Of a stretch of DNA of 64,000 nt, positions 1 to 19,475 are shown piece by piece (the stretch's first letter is position 1; every line of letters starts with the position of its first letter). The stretch is from Anaeramoeba ignava BMAN. Lineage: Eukaryota > Protista > Anaeramoebae. The stretch covers positions 124,001 to 188,000 of the forward strand of contig JAPDFW010000068.1 of the NCBI GenBank assembly GCA_028826165.1, given 5' to 3'. Below the pieces are notes generated by a model. That model was not told the DNA's origin, searched no databases, and saw nothing but the letters and a program-made list of their open reading frames with translations. The translations under genes and the position numbers were made by a program.

Positions 1-68
1 GAAAGTTGATATTCAATTATCAAAAAATAATTGGATTAAAAAAAAATTGAAACAGATCAAGAGAAAAA

Positions 69-2425
69 TTAATCTTTTTTAGGAGAATAACTTGGAGTTC
101 TTAAGTTTCTTGGAGCAGGACTTTGTGATCTGTTTAAAGGAGAAGCAGATCTTGAATTTGGAGCAGCTCTTTGAGGAGAAGGAGTATTAGAACCAGATTT
201 ACGAGGAGGAGATCTTGAATTATGATTTAATGAACCATCTCTAACTGGTGATCTTGAAGGTGATCTTGATGGTGTTCTTGGTTTTCTTTCCATTGATGGT
301 GTTCTTGATTTTCTTTCTCTTGATAATGATCTTGATGGTGTTCTTGGTTTTCTTTCTCTTGATGGTGTTCTTGATCTTCTTCTTCTTGGTGGTGATCTAG
401 ATCTTCTTGGTGGTGATCTTGATCTTCTTGGTGGTGATCTAGATCTTCTTCTTCTTGGTGGTGATCTTGATCTTCTTCTTGGTGGTGATCTAGATCTAAA
501 TAATTTATTATATTTGATTTATATTATTTAATTTATAATATTTAATTTATATTATTTAATTTATAATATTTGATTTATAATATTTGATTTATAATATTTA
601 ATTTATAATATTTAATTTATATTATTTAATTTATAATATTTAATTTATAATATTTAATTTATAATATTTAATTTATATTATTTAATTTATAATATTTAAT
701 TTATAATATTTAATTTATAATATTTAATTTATAATATTTAATTTATATTATTTAATTTTATATATTTAATTTATATTATTTAATTTATAATATTTAATTT
801 ATAATATTTAATTTATAATATTTAATTTATAATATTTAATTTATATTATTTAATTTATAATATTTGATTTATAATATTTGATTTATAATATTTAATTTAT
901 AATATTTAATTTATAATATTTAATTTATAATATTTAATTTATATTATTTAATTTATAATATTTAATTTATAATATTTAATTTATAATATTTAATTTATAA
1001 TATTTGATTTATAATATTTGATTTAAAATATTTAATATATAATATTTGATTTATAATTTTTAATTTATATTATTTAATTTATAATACCTAAATGAACCTC
1101 TTCCTCTTGGTGGGAATCGACTTTTTCTTTCAAGACCTTCATCATAATCTAATTTAAGTCTTCTTCCTTCAAAAGAATATCCTTGAAATCTATGATAAGC
1201 ATCTTCTGCATCTCTTTTATCCACAAATGTAACAAAACCCCAACCTTTATTTAAAAAATGAAATTAATTTTTTTTTTGACAAAACAATAAAATAAAAAAT
1301 TATTCAAAAAAAGAAGGAGTAACTTACCTCTACTTCTTCCTGTTCTAAAATCTTTTCCAATCATTACACGTTGAAGTTCTCCACATTTTAAAAATAAATG
1401 TTCTAAATCTTTTTCATCAACAAAGAAAGGAAGATTGCCAACATATAAGCATCTTGAAGGTTCTTTTTCCCTGATTAATATTTTACAGTTAAATTATTCA
1501 AAATCAAAAATCAAAGAAAATCAAAAAAAAGTTTTTTTGTAAAATGAATATATTTATAAATTTATGAAGTCAAAATCAATTTAAAATCGAATTAAAAATT
1601 AAATCAAAATCAAATCAATCTAAAATCAAATCAAGTCAAAATCAATTTAAATCAAGTCAAAATCAATTTAAATCAAGTCAAATTCAAGTCAAATCAAAAC
1701 CAAGTCAAAATTAATTAGAATCAATTTAAATTAAAATCAAGTCAAAATCAAATAGAATCAGCAAATCAAATGACAACCAAAAAAAAAAGAAAATCAAAAG
1801 AAATCAAAAAATTCATCTTGCATTTAAGCAAATAAATTTCAAGACAAAGAGCATAAAGATAAAGGATCATAAAAAAAAGGTTTTTGATTTGTTAATTAAG
1901 TATATCAACATGAATTGAATAAAAATAATCAATCCAATCAAAACCAAAACCAAAACCAAAATCAAAACCAAAACCAAAACCAAAATTAAAATATCAATCC
2001 AGTTAATCCGAACCAATTAAATTTTTTATCAATATCTTTTTATCAATATCTTTTTATCAATATCTTTTTATCAATATCTTTTTATCAATATCTTTTTATC
2101 AATATCTTTTTATCAATATCTTTTTATCAATATTATGAATTTAAATTTGAAATAAACGTGATAAAAATCCCAACAAATAATAATAATAATATTATTAATA
2201 TTAATATATTTTTTTGTTTTTGTTTTTGTTTTTGTTTTTGTTTTTGTTTGACAACTCTCAATTATGTTATTAAAATAAAATATCTTCATTTATCTTCATT
2301 TATTATTTATTTTTATTTTTATTTTTATTTTTATTTTTATTTTTTATTTTTTACCATCTTCTGTTTCTTCCTCTATAAGGTTTAGGTGAACGTTCATTTG
2401 AACGAGAACGTGATCGATAAGACAT
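69..2425 (-). CDS. SR-like splicing factor (RRM + RS/RSP-rich C-terminus), 4 exons
   Basis: Manual splice with GT-AG introns 2354-1471, 1327-1245 and 1087-496 gives MSYRSRSRSNERSPKP..., RNP2 LYVGNLPF, RNP1 RGWGFVTF, then RSRSPPRR repeats. Confidence 0.85.
500..1086. repeat. 14-bp minisatellite (TTTAATTTATAATA) filling intron 3 of the SR gene
   Basis: Visible tandem unit lying between the splice sites. Confidence 0.9.
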
Positions 2426-2585
2426 TTTTTATTTATAAAAAGTTTTTTTTGTTTTTTAAAAATTAAAAAGAAAAAAATGAAAAAAAAAAATAAAAAAAAA
2501 AAAATTTTTTTGAATTATGTTATTTTTTATAAAAATTAATCATTTTTTTTCATTTTTTTTTTCTTTTTTTTAAAATAAAAATAAA

Positions 2586-3919
2586 ATGAATCAAAATTAT
2601 CAAATTCAAACACAAATTGATCAAGAAATTGCAATTTTAGAAACAGTTTTAATAAGTTTACAAAATTTATTAAATAATTTAAATTCTATAATTTTACAAA
2701 ATTCAAATCAAATAAACTGGAGTATTCAAGAAGAAATCAAAGAAATAAAACAAAAAATGGCTAAAACAAACAGAAGAAAAATAATGCTTTTACAATTTCT
2801 TGAATTTGTATGTCCAATTGGGGTTTTGGAATATGATTTTGAAGGAAAGGAATCTGGAGAGCTCAAAGTTAAAGAAGGAGATACAGTTAAAGTATTAAAA
2901 GAATATGAAAATGGTTGGTGTGATGCCTTAATTGTTGATATTAAAAATGATCCAAAATCCAAAAATCAAAATCAAAATCAAAACCAAAATCAAAATCAAA
3001 ATCAAATTGATCATCAAATTGGTTTATTTGGGAATGTTCCTATTAAATATCTTTCTTTATCTCAACAATTACCTATTTATTTAACTGAATTTGAAAATTA
3101 TCTTAAATTTATTGCTAATACTGAGTTTCAAAATATTCCTCCAAATAATCTTTGTTTTGCGAAATTCTGTTTTCAAGCTTCACAATATGATGAAATTGAT
3201 ATTGAACAAAATGATTTATGTATTATGCTTTTAGATAAGGAAGATGGTTGGTGTGAAATTTATCATTTAAAATCATGTACAATGAGTGAAGCATATAATA
3301 ATAATTAAATATTAAATATTAAAAATAATAAATAAATATTAAATATTAAATATTAAATATTAAATATTAAATATTAAATATTAAATATTAATTAAATAAT
3401 AAATAAATAATAAATATTAAATATTAATTAAATATTAATTATTAATTAAATATTAAATATTCTTCAGCTAATCAAGGAGTAGTCCCATTGAATTACCTAG
3501 ACTTTTATCAAACAAATGATAAAGTTGAATATGGAGTCTTGATTGGTGACTACACATCACAAACAGATGAAGAGTTAACACTTAAAAGAGGAGATCTTGT
3601 TGAAATCATCCAAACATTAGATCAAGGATGGCTTCTTGTTCGTTTAGATGATTCTTCTGGTTTTATTCCAAGAAGAAAAGTTAGCTTTTTAAAATCAAAC
3701 ACAGAAGATACAAAACGAAAAATCATTTCAAAAAGATACAGCAAATTAAATCCAAAGCAAATGGAAGATAGTTTTAAACAATTTCAAGATATTCAAAATG
3801 AACTATCTGATTCTTATTCAAATTTTCAATCAAAATTTTCTGAATTTCTTCAATCATCTGAAAATAGTCTTTCAATTTTTCGTTCTTTAATTAAACAAAA
3901 CAAAAACGAAAATAATTGA
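2586..3919 (+). CDS. Coiled-coil + three SH3 domain adaptor protein, 2 exons
   Basis: YDFEGKESGELKVKEGD..GW, FCFQASQYDEID..DGW..GVVPLNYL and DYTSQTDEELTLKRGD..GW..GFIP motifs. A phase-1 intron at ~3277-3467 joins the ORFs. Confidence 0.85.
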
Positions 3920-4070
3920 AGTAATTCAGAAAATTATCCAAAAATTGGTTTTTGGTTTTTGGTTTTTGTTTTTTCAATGTTTGATTGATTTATTTTAAAA
4001 TAAAAAAAATTTTTTTTCCAAATCTTTGAAATTATTTTTTTCCATTTTTATTATTTTGTTTTTCCTTTAA

Positions 4071-5457
4071 ATGTCACTTAAAATGAGAGCAAGTCTTAAT
4101 AAAAATAAATACATTTCAGGAGAAACTTTGAAATGCCAAATTGAAATGGATAATTCTTCACAAAATGAAAATAACAAAATTTCCTTTTTAACAATTCAAT
4201 TAATCGGAAGAATTTCCCCAAGAAAAAAATACAAACCACAATTTGAAGAATGGATTAACGCAAGGAAGCTAGAAGAAAATCAATCAAATCGGATATTCCT
4301 GAAAAACTCAACTTCACTTAAATTAACTCAACCTGAAGATGCTTGGTTTATTATTTATGAATCAAATCCAGTAATAATTGCGACCGATATTGAAATGAAA
4401 GGGAATTTAACATGTAAATCTAATCTGTTTGAATTCTTCTTCTTTTTTATTTTTTTGGATTTAATCTTTTGGACTCATTTCCATTTCTTCTTCAAAATTG
4501 TTTAGTTCAACAAGAAATTCAAATTCCTTGGGAATTACCAACTTCATTTCAAGGGAATTTTGCCCAAATAACTTACTTTGTCAAAATATCAATTCAGAAA
4601 CAATTTGAGCAAATCAATTCATTAAAGTTACCTCTTTCGATCTTCAACTATTTTTCTTGTAACCATTTGATTTTCTAAAAAAGAAAAAGAAGGAAAAACA
4701 AATTAAAAAATTAAAGCTAAAAGGAATTGTTTGCTTATTTTTGGTTGAATAAATTAATTATTCAAATAATAATAGTGTTTGAACGGATTAAAATTCCAAA
4801 TATTTTGCAAACGTTTTATCCTTCAAATTCAAGTTCACTCACAAAAATAGAATCAAAAAAAATGGAACAAAAAAAATCCATTTATTTTAATTCAGTTTGG
4901 AATTTACTTGAACCAGCAGATTTTTTAATAGATAAAAACGGGAAAGAAGTGCTTAAAATACAAATTCCAAAAAGAAAATTTTATTTAGGAGAAAGTGTTG
5001 TTGGATTTTTTAATTTCTATCAAACAGAAAATTTTCTTTGTCAAGAGGTTGCAATAACATTAGAAACTGAAGAGACTCTTCAATTATTTGGAAAGAGTGA
5101 ATCAAAATCATTACAAAATCTTAGTATTCAGAAAGGTTTATTCTGAATATTTAGAAAATGTTGAATCAATCAAAAAAACTCAATTCTGTTTGAATATTCC
5201 AAGAGAAGGATTTTGTCAATTCCAAACAGAAATAAGTAAATAATTTAATTCAAATAAACTTTTTCCTTTTTTTTTTTTTCTTTTTTATTAATTTTTTTTT
5301 ATTTGATCTTTGATTAGTTAGTTTAAATTGGTTTCTTTTTATTGATATCTTTTTCAAAAAAATTGAAGAAAATCAAACGAATGAATCAAATTTTAGTTCT
5401 AAAAAAGAGAAAACAACTTTTAAAATACCCCTTTTTATTGAATTTGATCAAAACTAA
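4071..5457 (+). CDS. Rgp1-like (Ric1-Rgp1 Rab6 GEF subunit)/arrestin-fold protein, 4 exons, one apparent frameshift at ~5133
   Basis: Y(I)SGETLKCQI N-terminus, ELPTSFQGNFAQITY, FYLGESVVGFFNF and FQTEIISLNWFLFI motifs. Three GT-AG introns restore the frame. Confidence 0.6.
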
Positions 5458-5531
5458 AATAAAAAATAATAAACAAAAATTTTTTCATTTATATTTTTAT
5501 TTTTCTTTTTCTTTCTCTTTTTTTTTACTTA

Positions 5532-11353
<5,822 letters not shown>

Positions 11354-11557
11354 TTGATTTCTTTTAAGAATTTAGGAATTATTGATTGTTTTTGTTTTTG
11401 TTTTTGTTTTTTTCTTTCTTTTTTCATTTCAAATTTCAAATTTCAAATTCCAGAAAAAAACAAACAAACAAACAAACAAACAAACAAATTAAAAAAGGAA
11501 AATTCGTTTTAATTTAATTTCTTTTATTTCTTATTAAAAAAAAAATTTAATTTCGTT

Positions 11558-12328
11558 TCATTTTTCATCAATATCCATTTTTGAGTTGAATTCAATTTCC
11601 AAATCTTTTACAATATTTTCAAAAATATTATCAATAATTTGATGAATACGAGGATCTGCTTTTCTAATTTTTTGATTTTTTTGGATTTCTTGATTTTTAT
11701 TTTCATTTTCATTTTCATTTCCATTTTCATTTTGAATTTGATTTTGATTTTCATTTTGATTTTGATTTTGATTTTGATTTTGATTTTGATTTTGATTTTG
11801 ATTTTGATTTTGATTTTGATTTTGATTTTCTTTTTCTTTTGATTTGAAAAATTCCACCACCATTGATTTCCTGTTTCAAGTGAATATTTAATTTGATTTT
11901 GTGATTCTTGATAAGCGAATTGTAAATGATGAAGAGATCGTAATAATTTTGAAGTAACTAAATTTGACAATGTTGGACATTCATGAACTTCTCCTTCAAA
12001 AATATAATAAGCTCCATGTAATGTAATTTCAGGAGATTCTTCTCTATTTCTGTTTGTTACAACATTTCGTGTTTGATCTTGTATTACATATGTGTCTGGA
12101 TGGCGTGAACGCACTATATAGTGTTTTCCATACATTTTTCTTAATTAAAAAAATTTAATTTTTTTAATTTTAATTTTAAATTTTAATTTTTTTTTACTCA
12201 AGTCTTGATGAATCAAATTGTTGCATTTTACAAAATTCATTATTACAATGTGGATCATAAAATGGTGTTTGTGAAAAGAAATCTATAACTTCATCATCAT
12301 TTGTAAATGGTGCTTGTTCTCTTTCCAT
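11558..12328 (-). CDS. MED6: Mediator subunit 6, 2 exons, apparent frameshift at ~11835
   Basis: VIDFFSQTPFYDPHCNNE, YVIQDQ and AYYIFEGEVHECPTLSNLVTSKLLRSLHHL motifs. Intron at ~12197-12141. Confidence 0.8.
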
Positions 12329-12391
12329 TTGAAAAGAAAAAAATGAAAAAAATTAAATTTCATTTTTTTTCTTTTTTATTTATTTTTTAAA
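12329..12391. promoter_or_regulatory. 63-bp bidirectional promoter with back-to-back TCATTT initiator-like motifs
   Basis: AAATGAAAAA (minus-strand TTTTTCATTT) lies next to the MED6 ATG, and TTTCATTTTT next to the BTB-TLDc ATG. Confidence 0.55.
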
Positions 12392-13879
12392 ATGGAAAAT
12401 TATTTAAATTTAGAAAAACTTTCAAATGATTTAAAAAATTTATTTCAAAATCAAAATCAAAATCAAAATCAAAATCAAAATGAAAAAGAAAAAGAAAGTT
12501 ATTTTGATTTTGAAATAATTTGTGAACAAAATAAAACTTCATTTAAAACTCATAAATCAATTCTTTCTTCAAGAAGTCATTATTTTAAATCACTTTTCAG
12601 TTCAAAAATGAAAGAATATCAAGAAAATAAATTAATTCTAAAAGATGTTTCAAGTTCAATTCTATTCTCAATTTTGAATTATCTTTATTCAGGAAAAATT
12701 GAAATTGATTTAGAAAATGCAATTCAAATTTTAGTTTTTTCATCAAAATATTTAATTGATGAATTAATTGATTTTTCTTTCAATTTTATCAAAAAGAATT
12801 TACAATTTGAAACTATTGTTGATATTCTTAAATTATCAGAATCAATGAACTTAAATCAATTATTGGATTATTCTTATCAATTTATTTTGGAAAATTTTAA
12901 TGAATTTATCAAAACTTCATTTTTTCTTGAACTTGAAGAAAATCATTTAAATTTTATTTTATTAAATGATCGAATTTTAACAAGTGAGTTTGAAATTTTA
13001 CAAACAATAATCAAATGGGGAAAACATAAATCAAATATTAATCAAGTAAAGAAAGAAAAAGAAAAAGAAAAAGAAAAATTAAGAATTCAAATTTCAAATA
13101 TCATTCAAAAAATCAGATTTATTGATTTTACAAAAAAAGAACTTGAAGATACTTTGAAAGAAGATTTAATTCCAAATCAAATTTCTGAAAAATTAATTCT
13201 ATTCCAAAAACTTCAAAATCAAAATGATAATGAAAAAGAACTAAATCAATTTATTGAACAAGAAAATTCATTCATTTTCAAATCAAGATTTAAATTTGAA
13301 TCATCAATTATTCGAGAGAAAGAACATTTCAAGAAATTAAAAGAATGGACAAACGATGATGAATTCTTTTCCAAAATAAAATTAGGATTTTCAGCCAAAA
13401 GAGATGGATTTGATTGTAAAAAATGGCATGAAAAATGTGATGAAAAAGGAAAAACATTAGTTATCATCAAAACAAAAGATAATTTTATTTTTGGAGGATT
13501 TACTCAAGTTGGATGGACAAATGATCAATCAAAATGGAGTTTGATTTGGAAAAATCCTGATAGAGGATGGATTTCTGATCCAAATGCATTTATTTTTTCA
13601 TTAAGAAATGATAAACATAATAGAAAACCAGAGAAATTTCCGATTAAGACATCACAAGAAAGATTTGCAATTAAGTATCATTCAAATTATGGACCTGAAT
13701 TTGGAAATTATCATGCAGATTTTTATATAAATTGTGACTTAAAAACTGGACATTCAAATATAGGAAATAGTTACAATATGCCTAATGGAATTACTTACAA
13801 TACAAATGAATCTAAAAGATATTTAACTGGTTCTTATGCTAAGTGGGTTATTGATGAACTTGAAACTTACTTCATTTAA
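12392..13879 (+). CDS. BTB-BACK-TLDc domain protein (intronless)
   Basis: BTB motifs FKTHKSILSSRSHYFKSLF..MKE and LNYLYSG. TLDc motifs FSAKRDGF..WHEKCD.KGKTLVIIKT..FIFGGFT and GPEFG. Confidence 0.9.
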   Translation: MENYLNLEKLSNDLKNLFQNQNQNQNQNQNEKEKESYFDFEIICEQNKTSFKTHKSILSSRSHYFKSLFSSKMKEYQENKLILKDVSSSILFSILNYLYSGKIEIDLENAIQILVFSSKYLIDELIDFSFNFIKKNLQFETIVDILKLSESMNLNQLLDYSYQFILENFNEFIKTSFFLELEENHLNFILLNDRILTSEFEILQTIIKWGKHKSNINQVKKEKEKEKEKLRIQISNIIQKIRFIDFTKKELEDTLKEDLIPNQISEKLILFQKLQNQNDNEKELNQFIEQENSFIFKSRFKFESSIIREKEHFKKLKEWTNDDEFFSKIKLGFSAKRDGFDCKKWHEKCDEKGKTLVIIKTKDNFIFGGFTQVGWTNDQSKWSLIWKNPDRGWISDPNAFIFSLRNDKHNRKPEKFPIKTSQERFAIKYHSNYGPEFGNYHADFYINCDLKTGHSNIGNSYNMPNGITYNTNESKRYLTGSYAKWVIDELETYFI

Positions 13880-13925
13880 AAAATTTTTTTTCTTTTTTTT
13901 TTTTTCATTTTTTTTCTTTTTAAAA

Positions 13926-15690
13926 ATGAATGAAATTTTATTTTTTGGTGCAAATCAATCACCAATTCTTTTCAAAAATGAACCAAATCAAATAACAAAA
14001 CCAATTCAATTTAAATTTGAAAATGAAAATGAAAAACAAATTAAACAAATTTTATCATCAAATTATTCAGTTTTTTTCCTTTTTGAAAATGGAAAAACAA
14101 TCAAATATTCAGAAGATTCAAATCAAAATCCTGAAAAAGAAGAAATCCAAATTGAAAATATTCAAAAAGTAACTGTTGGTAATGAAAATGAAGCTATTTT
14201 AACAATAGAAGGAAATGTATTTGCCAAAGGAGAAGATATTAATCCAAAAAATCCAAAAGAATTTATCAATATTTCATCATTAATTGAAGATTCAAAATGA
14301 TAGAATAATTCAAGATATTGTCTCTGGATCTTTTTCTATTTACTTATTAACTTCAAATCAAAATGTTTACGGAATTGGTTCAAATGATTATGGTCAACTT
14401 GGTTTTGATTCTAAAACACTTGAAATTATAGAAAAACCAATTTTAATGATGAAAAATGTTTCTAAAATATTTTCAGGAAATTCTTCAAATTGTGTTTTTC
14501 TTTTAAATTCAAACCAAGAATTATTTGGATGTGGTGATAATGAATATGGTCAACTTGGATTAGGAGAATCAATAAAAGAAAGAAGAATCAATAAATTAAT
14601 CAAAATCCAAAATATTCCAAAAGGCAAAATAATTGATATTCAATGTGGATATTTTCATTCAGTAATGTTGATTGAAAATCAAAATCAAAATCCAAAAAGA
14701 AAACTTTATTCATGTGGATTTTCTCTATATAATGGACTTGGCAAAAATGAAAATGTAGATAATTATGAATTTACTGAAATCAAATCATCTTTATTTGAAA
14801 ATGAAAATGATGATATTCTTGATTTTTCTGTTGGAAATGATCATACTTTGATTTTAACATCCAATTCAAAATTAATTGGATTTGGGAATAATTCTAATGG
14901 TCAATTAGGAACTGGAAATACAGATAAACAATTAATTCCAATTCAAATTGAACTTCCTAAATTAAGATTTAATGAAGAAATTTCCAATTATCATATTTAT
15001 TCTGGTATTAGTCATTCATTTCTTTATTATTTTCCTTCTTTTTCCAATCTTGAAGAAGATTTGATAAAATTATTTAGAAAAGAAAAGAATTTTGTAATAT
15101 TTCATTTAAAACCAGAAAATGGAGAAATAATCAAAGCTCATAAATTAATATTGAAATATAGATTAAATCAAAATCAAAATGAAATTGAAAAACTTCAAGA
15201 AATTATTTCAAAAATCAATTAAAGAATCAAATGAAATATTTGAAATGATTTATTCAAACAGAATAATAAATCCAAAATTATATTCTGAAATTAAAGAAAT
15301 TATAAATTCAAATGAAAAAATTGAAGAAACAATGAAAAGAATTTATTTAAATGAAAATGAAAAAGATTTTATAATTGAAAGAAAAGAAAAACAATATAAA
15401 TTCCCTAAATTAATATTAATAATGAGAAGTGAATTATATCGAGGAATGTTTTTATATGTAACTGAAGATAAATCAAATAAAGTTACAGATTATAGTGAAT
15501 TAAGTAATAAATCATTTCAAATATTTGAATATTGGATTTATTCAAATCAAATTTATTCAAATCAAAGAAGGAATTAGAAATTACACAAGAAATAATTGAT
15601 GAATTAGAAACTGGAATTGATTATTTAAAATTAAAAATCAAAACAAATCCAAAATTTATTTGATTTATTAATTAACAAATTTAAAATAAT
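13926..15690 (+). CDS. RCC1-repeat + tandem degenerate BTB protein, copy 1 (several frameshifts; pseudogene or assembly error)
   Basis: GSNDYGQLG and VGNDHTLIL RCC1 repeats. IKAHKLILKYR and KLILIMRSELYRGMF BTB motifs. Colinear with copies 2 and 3. Confidence 0.8.
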
Positions 15691-15924
15691 CAAAATTCAA
15701 AATTAAAAAAATTAAAATTAAAATTAAAATTAAAATTAAAATTAAAATCAAAATTAAAATTCAAAATCAAAATCAAAATCAAAATTAAAAATCAAAAGTC
15801 ATTTTTGGAATTTTCAAAAATCAAAAATTAAAAAGGAAAAAATCATTTTTTTTGATTCTCAAATTTAATTTTGATTAAAAAATCAAAAATTAAAAAGAAA
15901 AAAAGAAAAATCAAAGGAAAAAAT

Positions 15925-17650
15925 TGAAGGAAAAAGTAGAAAAAAAATCAAAGTAATAAACGAAAACGCAATCAAGAAAAATAAAAATGAAGAAGGAAAT
16001 AAATTAGATCTTTCATTTAATGAAATTTTTGAAATAAATCATTTAGTTGGATTAAAAAGAATAAAAGAATTAAATTTGGATAATAATAAAATTAGAAAAA
16101 TAAGTGGATTGGATGAATTACCTCAATTAACATCATTGAATCTTTCTTTTAATCAAATAAAAGAAATAGATAATTTGCAAAAATTAACTCAACTTGAAAA
16201 ATTATGTTTGAGTCACAACCAAATTTCTAAAATTCAAGGATTAAATTCTTGTAGAAAAACATTGAAAATTTTCTCAATTAGTGACAATTTAATTCAAAAT
16301 GATCTTCAGGAAATTCTTTGTTATCTAAGAAAATTCACAAGTTTAAAATCATTGAATTTAAAAGGAAATTTAATTGAAAAACTTCCTCAATTTAAATCTT
16401 ATGTTTTGGCTTATTTGAACCAACTAAGTTTTTTGGATTTTAAATTGTTGAAAAAACAAGAAGTAAAAAAAGAAGGAAAAAAAAAATTCTCAAAATAATC
16501 TAATTATAACTTCTTTTTGGTTTTAATGTTAATTTAGTTTATTCAAGCAAGGAAGCAATTTGAAGATGAAATTTTCCAAATTGAGGAACAAGAAAGAATT
16601 TTTGAAAACAAAAAAATCAAGAATAAAGAAACAAAAAAAGAAGTTCAAAAATTAAATCAATTTAATTCAAATATCTCAGAACTATTATTAAATTTAATTG
16701 AAATCCAAGAAGAAATTTTAGATTTTAATTCTCAAAAAGGAATGATTGGAATTTTTAAGGAAAAACTAAATTTAATCAATAATTCTTTTATTCACAAAAT
16801 GATGAAATTGAATTTAGAAAGAAATGAAAAAATGGAACAATTTGAATCAAAAATTCAAGAATTAGGAAAAAATTTTGAGCAAAAAATGAAAAAAATGATT
16901 CAAGAAAAAAAGAAAGAAAATGTTAAAGAAATCCAAAATTCTTTATTAATTTTAGAATTGGATAGAAATTTAAATCAACAAAATTATCAACAAATTCTCT
17001 CAAAAGAAATTAATGAAATTTCAAAAGAAATTGAAAATGTGATTCAATCAATGTAAGAAAAGGAATTAAAAAAAATTAATTTCTTAAAGAAAAAAATATA
17101 TAACTTAAAATATTTATTTTAAATCACAAATAGTTTTTTGGATTTTCTCAATTTTCTCAATGATTTTCAAAATCAAAATCAAAATCAAAATCAAAATCAA
17201 AATCAAAATCAAAATCAAATTCAAAATCAAAATCAAAATCAAAATCAAAATCAAAATCAAAATCAAATTCAAAATCAAAATCAAATTCAAAATCAAAATC
17301 AAATTCAAATTCAAAATCAAAATCAAATTCAAAATCAAAATCAAAATCAAAATGGAAATCAAAATCAAAATCAAAATCAAAATCAAAATCAAATTCAAAA
17401 TCAAATTCAAAATCAAAATCAAATTCAAAATCAAATTCAAATTCAAAATCAAATTCAAAATCAAATTCAAAATCAAATTCAAATTTCAAAAAGTAAACAA
17501 ATTTTGGAAATTGAAAAAACAAAAAAAATATTGATTGAAAAAGAGAAAGAAAAAATGGAAAATATAATCAAAACAATCAAAAAACAGGAAAGGAAAAGAA
17601 ATCGAGGAAATTTAATTTTCATTTTGAATTTGGAACAATTCAAAAAATAA
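15925..17650 (+). CDS. DRC3: Dynein regulatory complex subunit 3-like LRR + coiled-coil protein (start not resolved), 3 exons
   Basis: [52 protein letters not shown] matches the LRRC48/DRC3 pattern. Introns at ~16463-16537 and ~17052-17133. Confidence 0.65.
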
Positions 17651-17697
17651 ATTCCAAAAATTAAAAAATTATTTTTTCATTTTTTTCTTTTTCAAAA

Positions 17698-19475
17698 ATG
17701 AATGAAATTTTATTTTTTGGTGCAAATCAATCACCAAAACTTTTCAAAAATGAACCAAATATAATAACAAAACCAATTCAATTTAAATTTGAAAATGAAA
17801 ATGAAAATGAAAATGAAAAACAAATTAAAAAAATTTCATCAGGAACTTATTCAACAATTTTCCTTTTTAAAAATGGAAAAGCAATAGAATATTTAAATGA
17901 AAATGATTCAAAACAAAATCCTCAAAAAATCCAAATTGAAGAAAATATTCAAAAAGTAACTGTTGGTTTTGAAAATGAAGCTATTTTAACAAAAGAAGGA
18001 AATGTATTTGCCAAAGGAGAAGATATTAATCCAAATAATCCAAATGAATTTATCAATATTTCATCATTAATTGAAGATAAAAATGATAGAATAATTCAAG
18101 ATATTGTTTCTGGAGCTAGTTCAATTTACTTATTAACTTCAAATCAAAATGTTTACGGAATTGGTTCAAATGATTATGGTCAATTTGGTGTTGATTCTAA
18201 AACACTTGAAATTATAAAAAAACCAATTTTAATGATGAAAAATGTTTCTAAAATATTTTCAGGAAATTCTTCAAATTGTGTTTTTCTTTTAAATTCAAAT
18301 CAAGAATTATTTGGATGTGGTGATAATTATTCTGCCCAACTTGGATTAGGAAAATCAAGAAAAGAAGAAACAGAAATGAATGAATTAACCAAAATCCAAA
18401 ATATTCCAAAAGGCAAAATAATTGATATTCAATGTGGAAATTTTTATTCAATAATGTTGATTGAAAATGAAAATGAAAATCCAAAAAGAAAACTTTATTC
18501 ATGTGGAGATTATCGATTTAATGGACTTGGCAAAGAAAAAGAAAAAGAAAATACTTATGAATTTACTGAAATTAAATCATCTTTATTTGAAAATGAAAAT
18601 GATAATATTATTGATTTTTCTGTTGGTGTTTATCATACTTTGATTTTAACATCCAATTCAAAATTAATAGTATTTGGAAATAATTCTAATGGTCAATTAG
18701 GAACTGGAGATATAAATAATCAATTAATTCCAATTCAAATTGAACTTCCTAAATTAAGATTTAATGAAGATATTTCCAATTATCATATTTCTTGTGGAGA
18801 TGACAAATTATTTCTTTATTATTCTCCTTTTTTTCCAATCTTGAAGAAGATTTGATAAAATTATTTAGAAGAAAAGAATTTTGTAATATTTCATTTAAAA
18901 CCGAAAATGGAGAAATAATTGAAGCTCATAAATTAATATTGAAATATAGATTAAATCAAATTGAAAATGAAATTGAAAAACTTAAAGAAATTATTTCAAA
19001 AAAATCAATTAAAGAATCAAATCAAATATTTGAAATGATTTATTCAAACAATTCCAAAATAAATCCAAAATTATATTTTGAAATTAAAGAAATTATAAAT
19101 TCAAATGAAAAAATAGAAGAAACAATGAAAAGAATTTATTTAAATGAAAATGAAAAAGATTTTATAATTGAAAGAAAAGAAAAACAATATAAATTCCCAA
19201 AATTAATATTAATAATGAGAAGTGAATTATATCGAGGAATGTTTTTATCTGTAACAAATGATACTTCTAATAAAGTTACAGATTATAGTGAATTAAGTAA
19301 TAAATCATTTCAAATATTTGAATATTGGATTTATTCAAATCAAATCAAAGAAGGAATTCAAATTACACAAGAAATAATTGATGAATTAGAAACTGGAATT
19401 GATTATTTTCAATTAAATCAAACAAATCCAAATTTATTTGATTTATTAATTAAAAAATTTAATAATCAAAATTAA
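17698..19475 (+). CDS. RCC1-repeat + BTB protein, copy 2 (one frameshift at ~18830 in a poly-T run)
   Basis: ORFs 17698-18855 and 18852-19475 together are colinear with intact copy 3. Confidence 0.85.

Noticed and set aside
1755-1875. Possible intronic C/D snoRNA or poison exon in SR-gene intron 1
   Set aside because: Only a CTGA and a poor box C are present, with no convincing splice sites. It cannot be supported without an Infernal search or RNA-seq.
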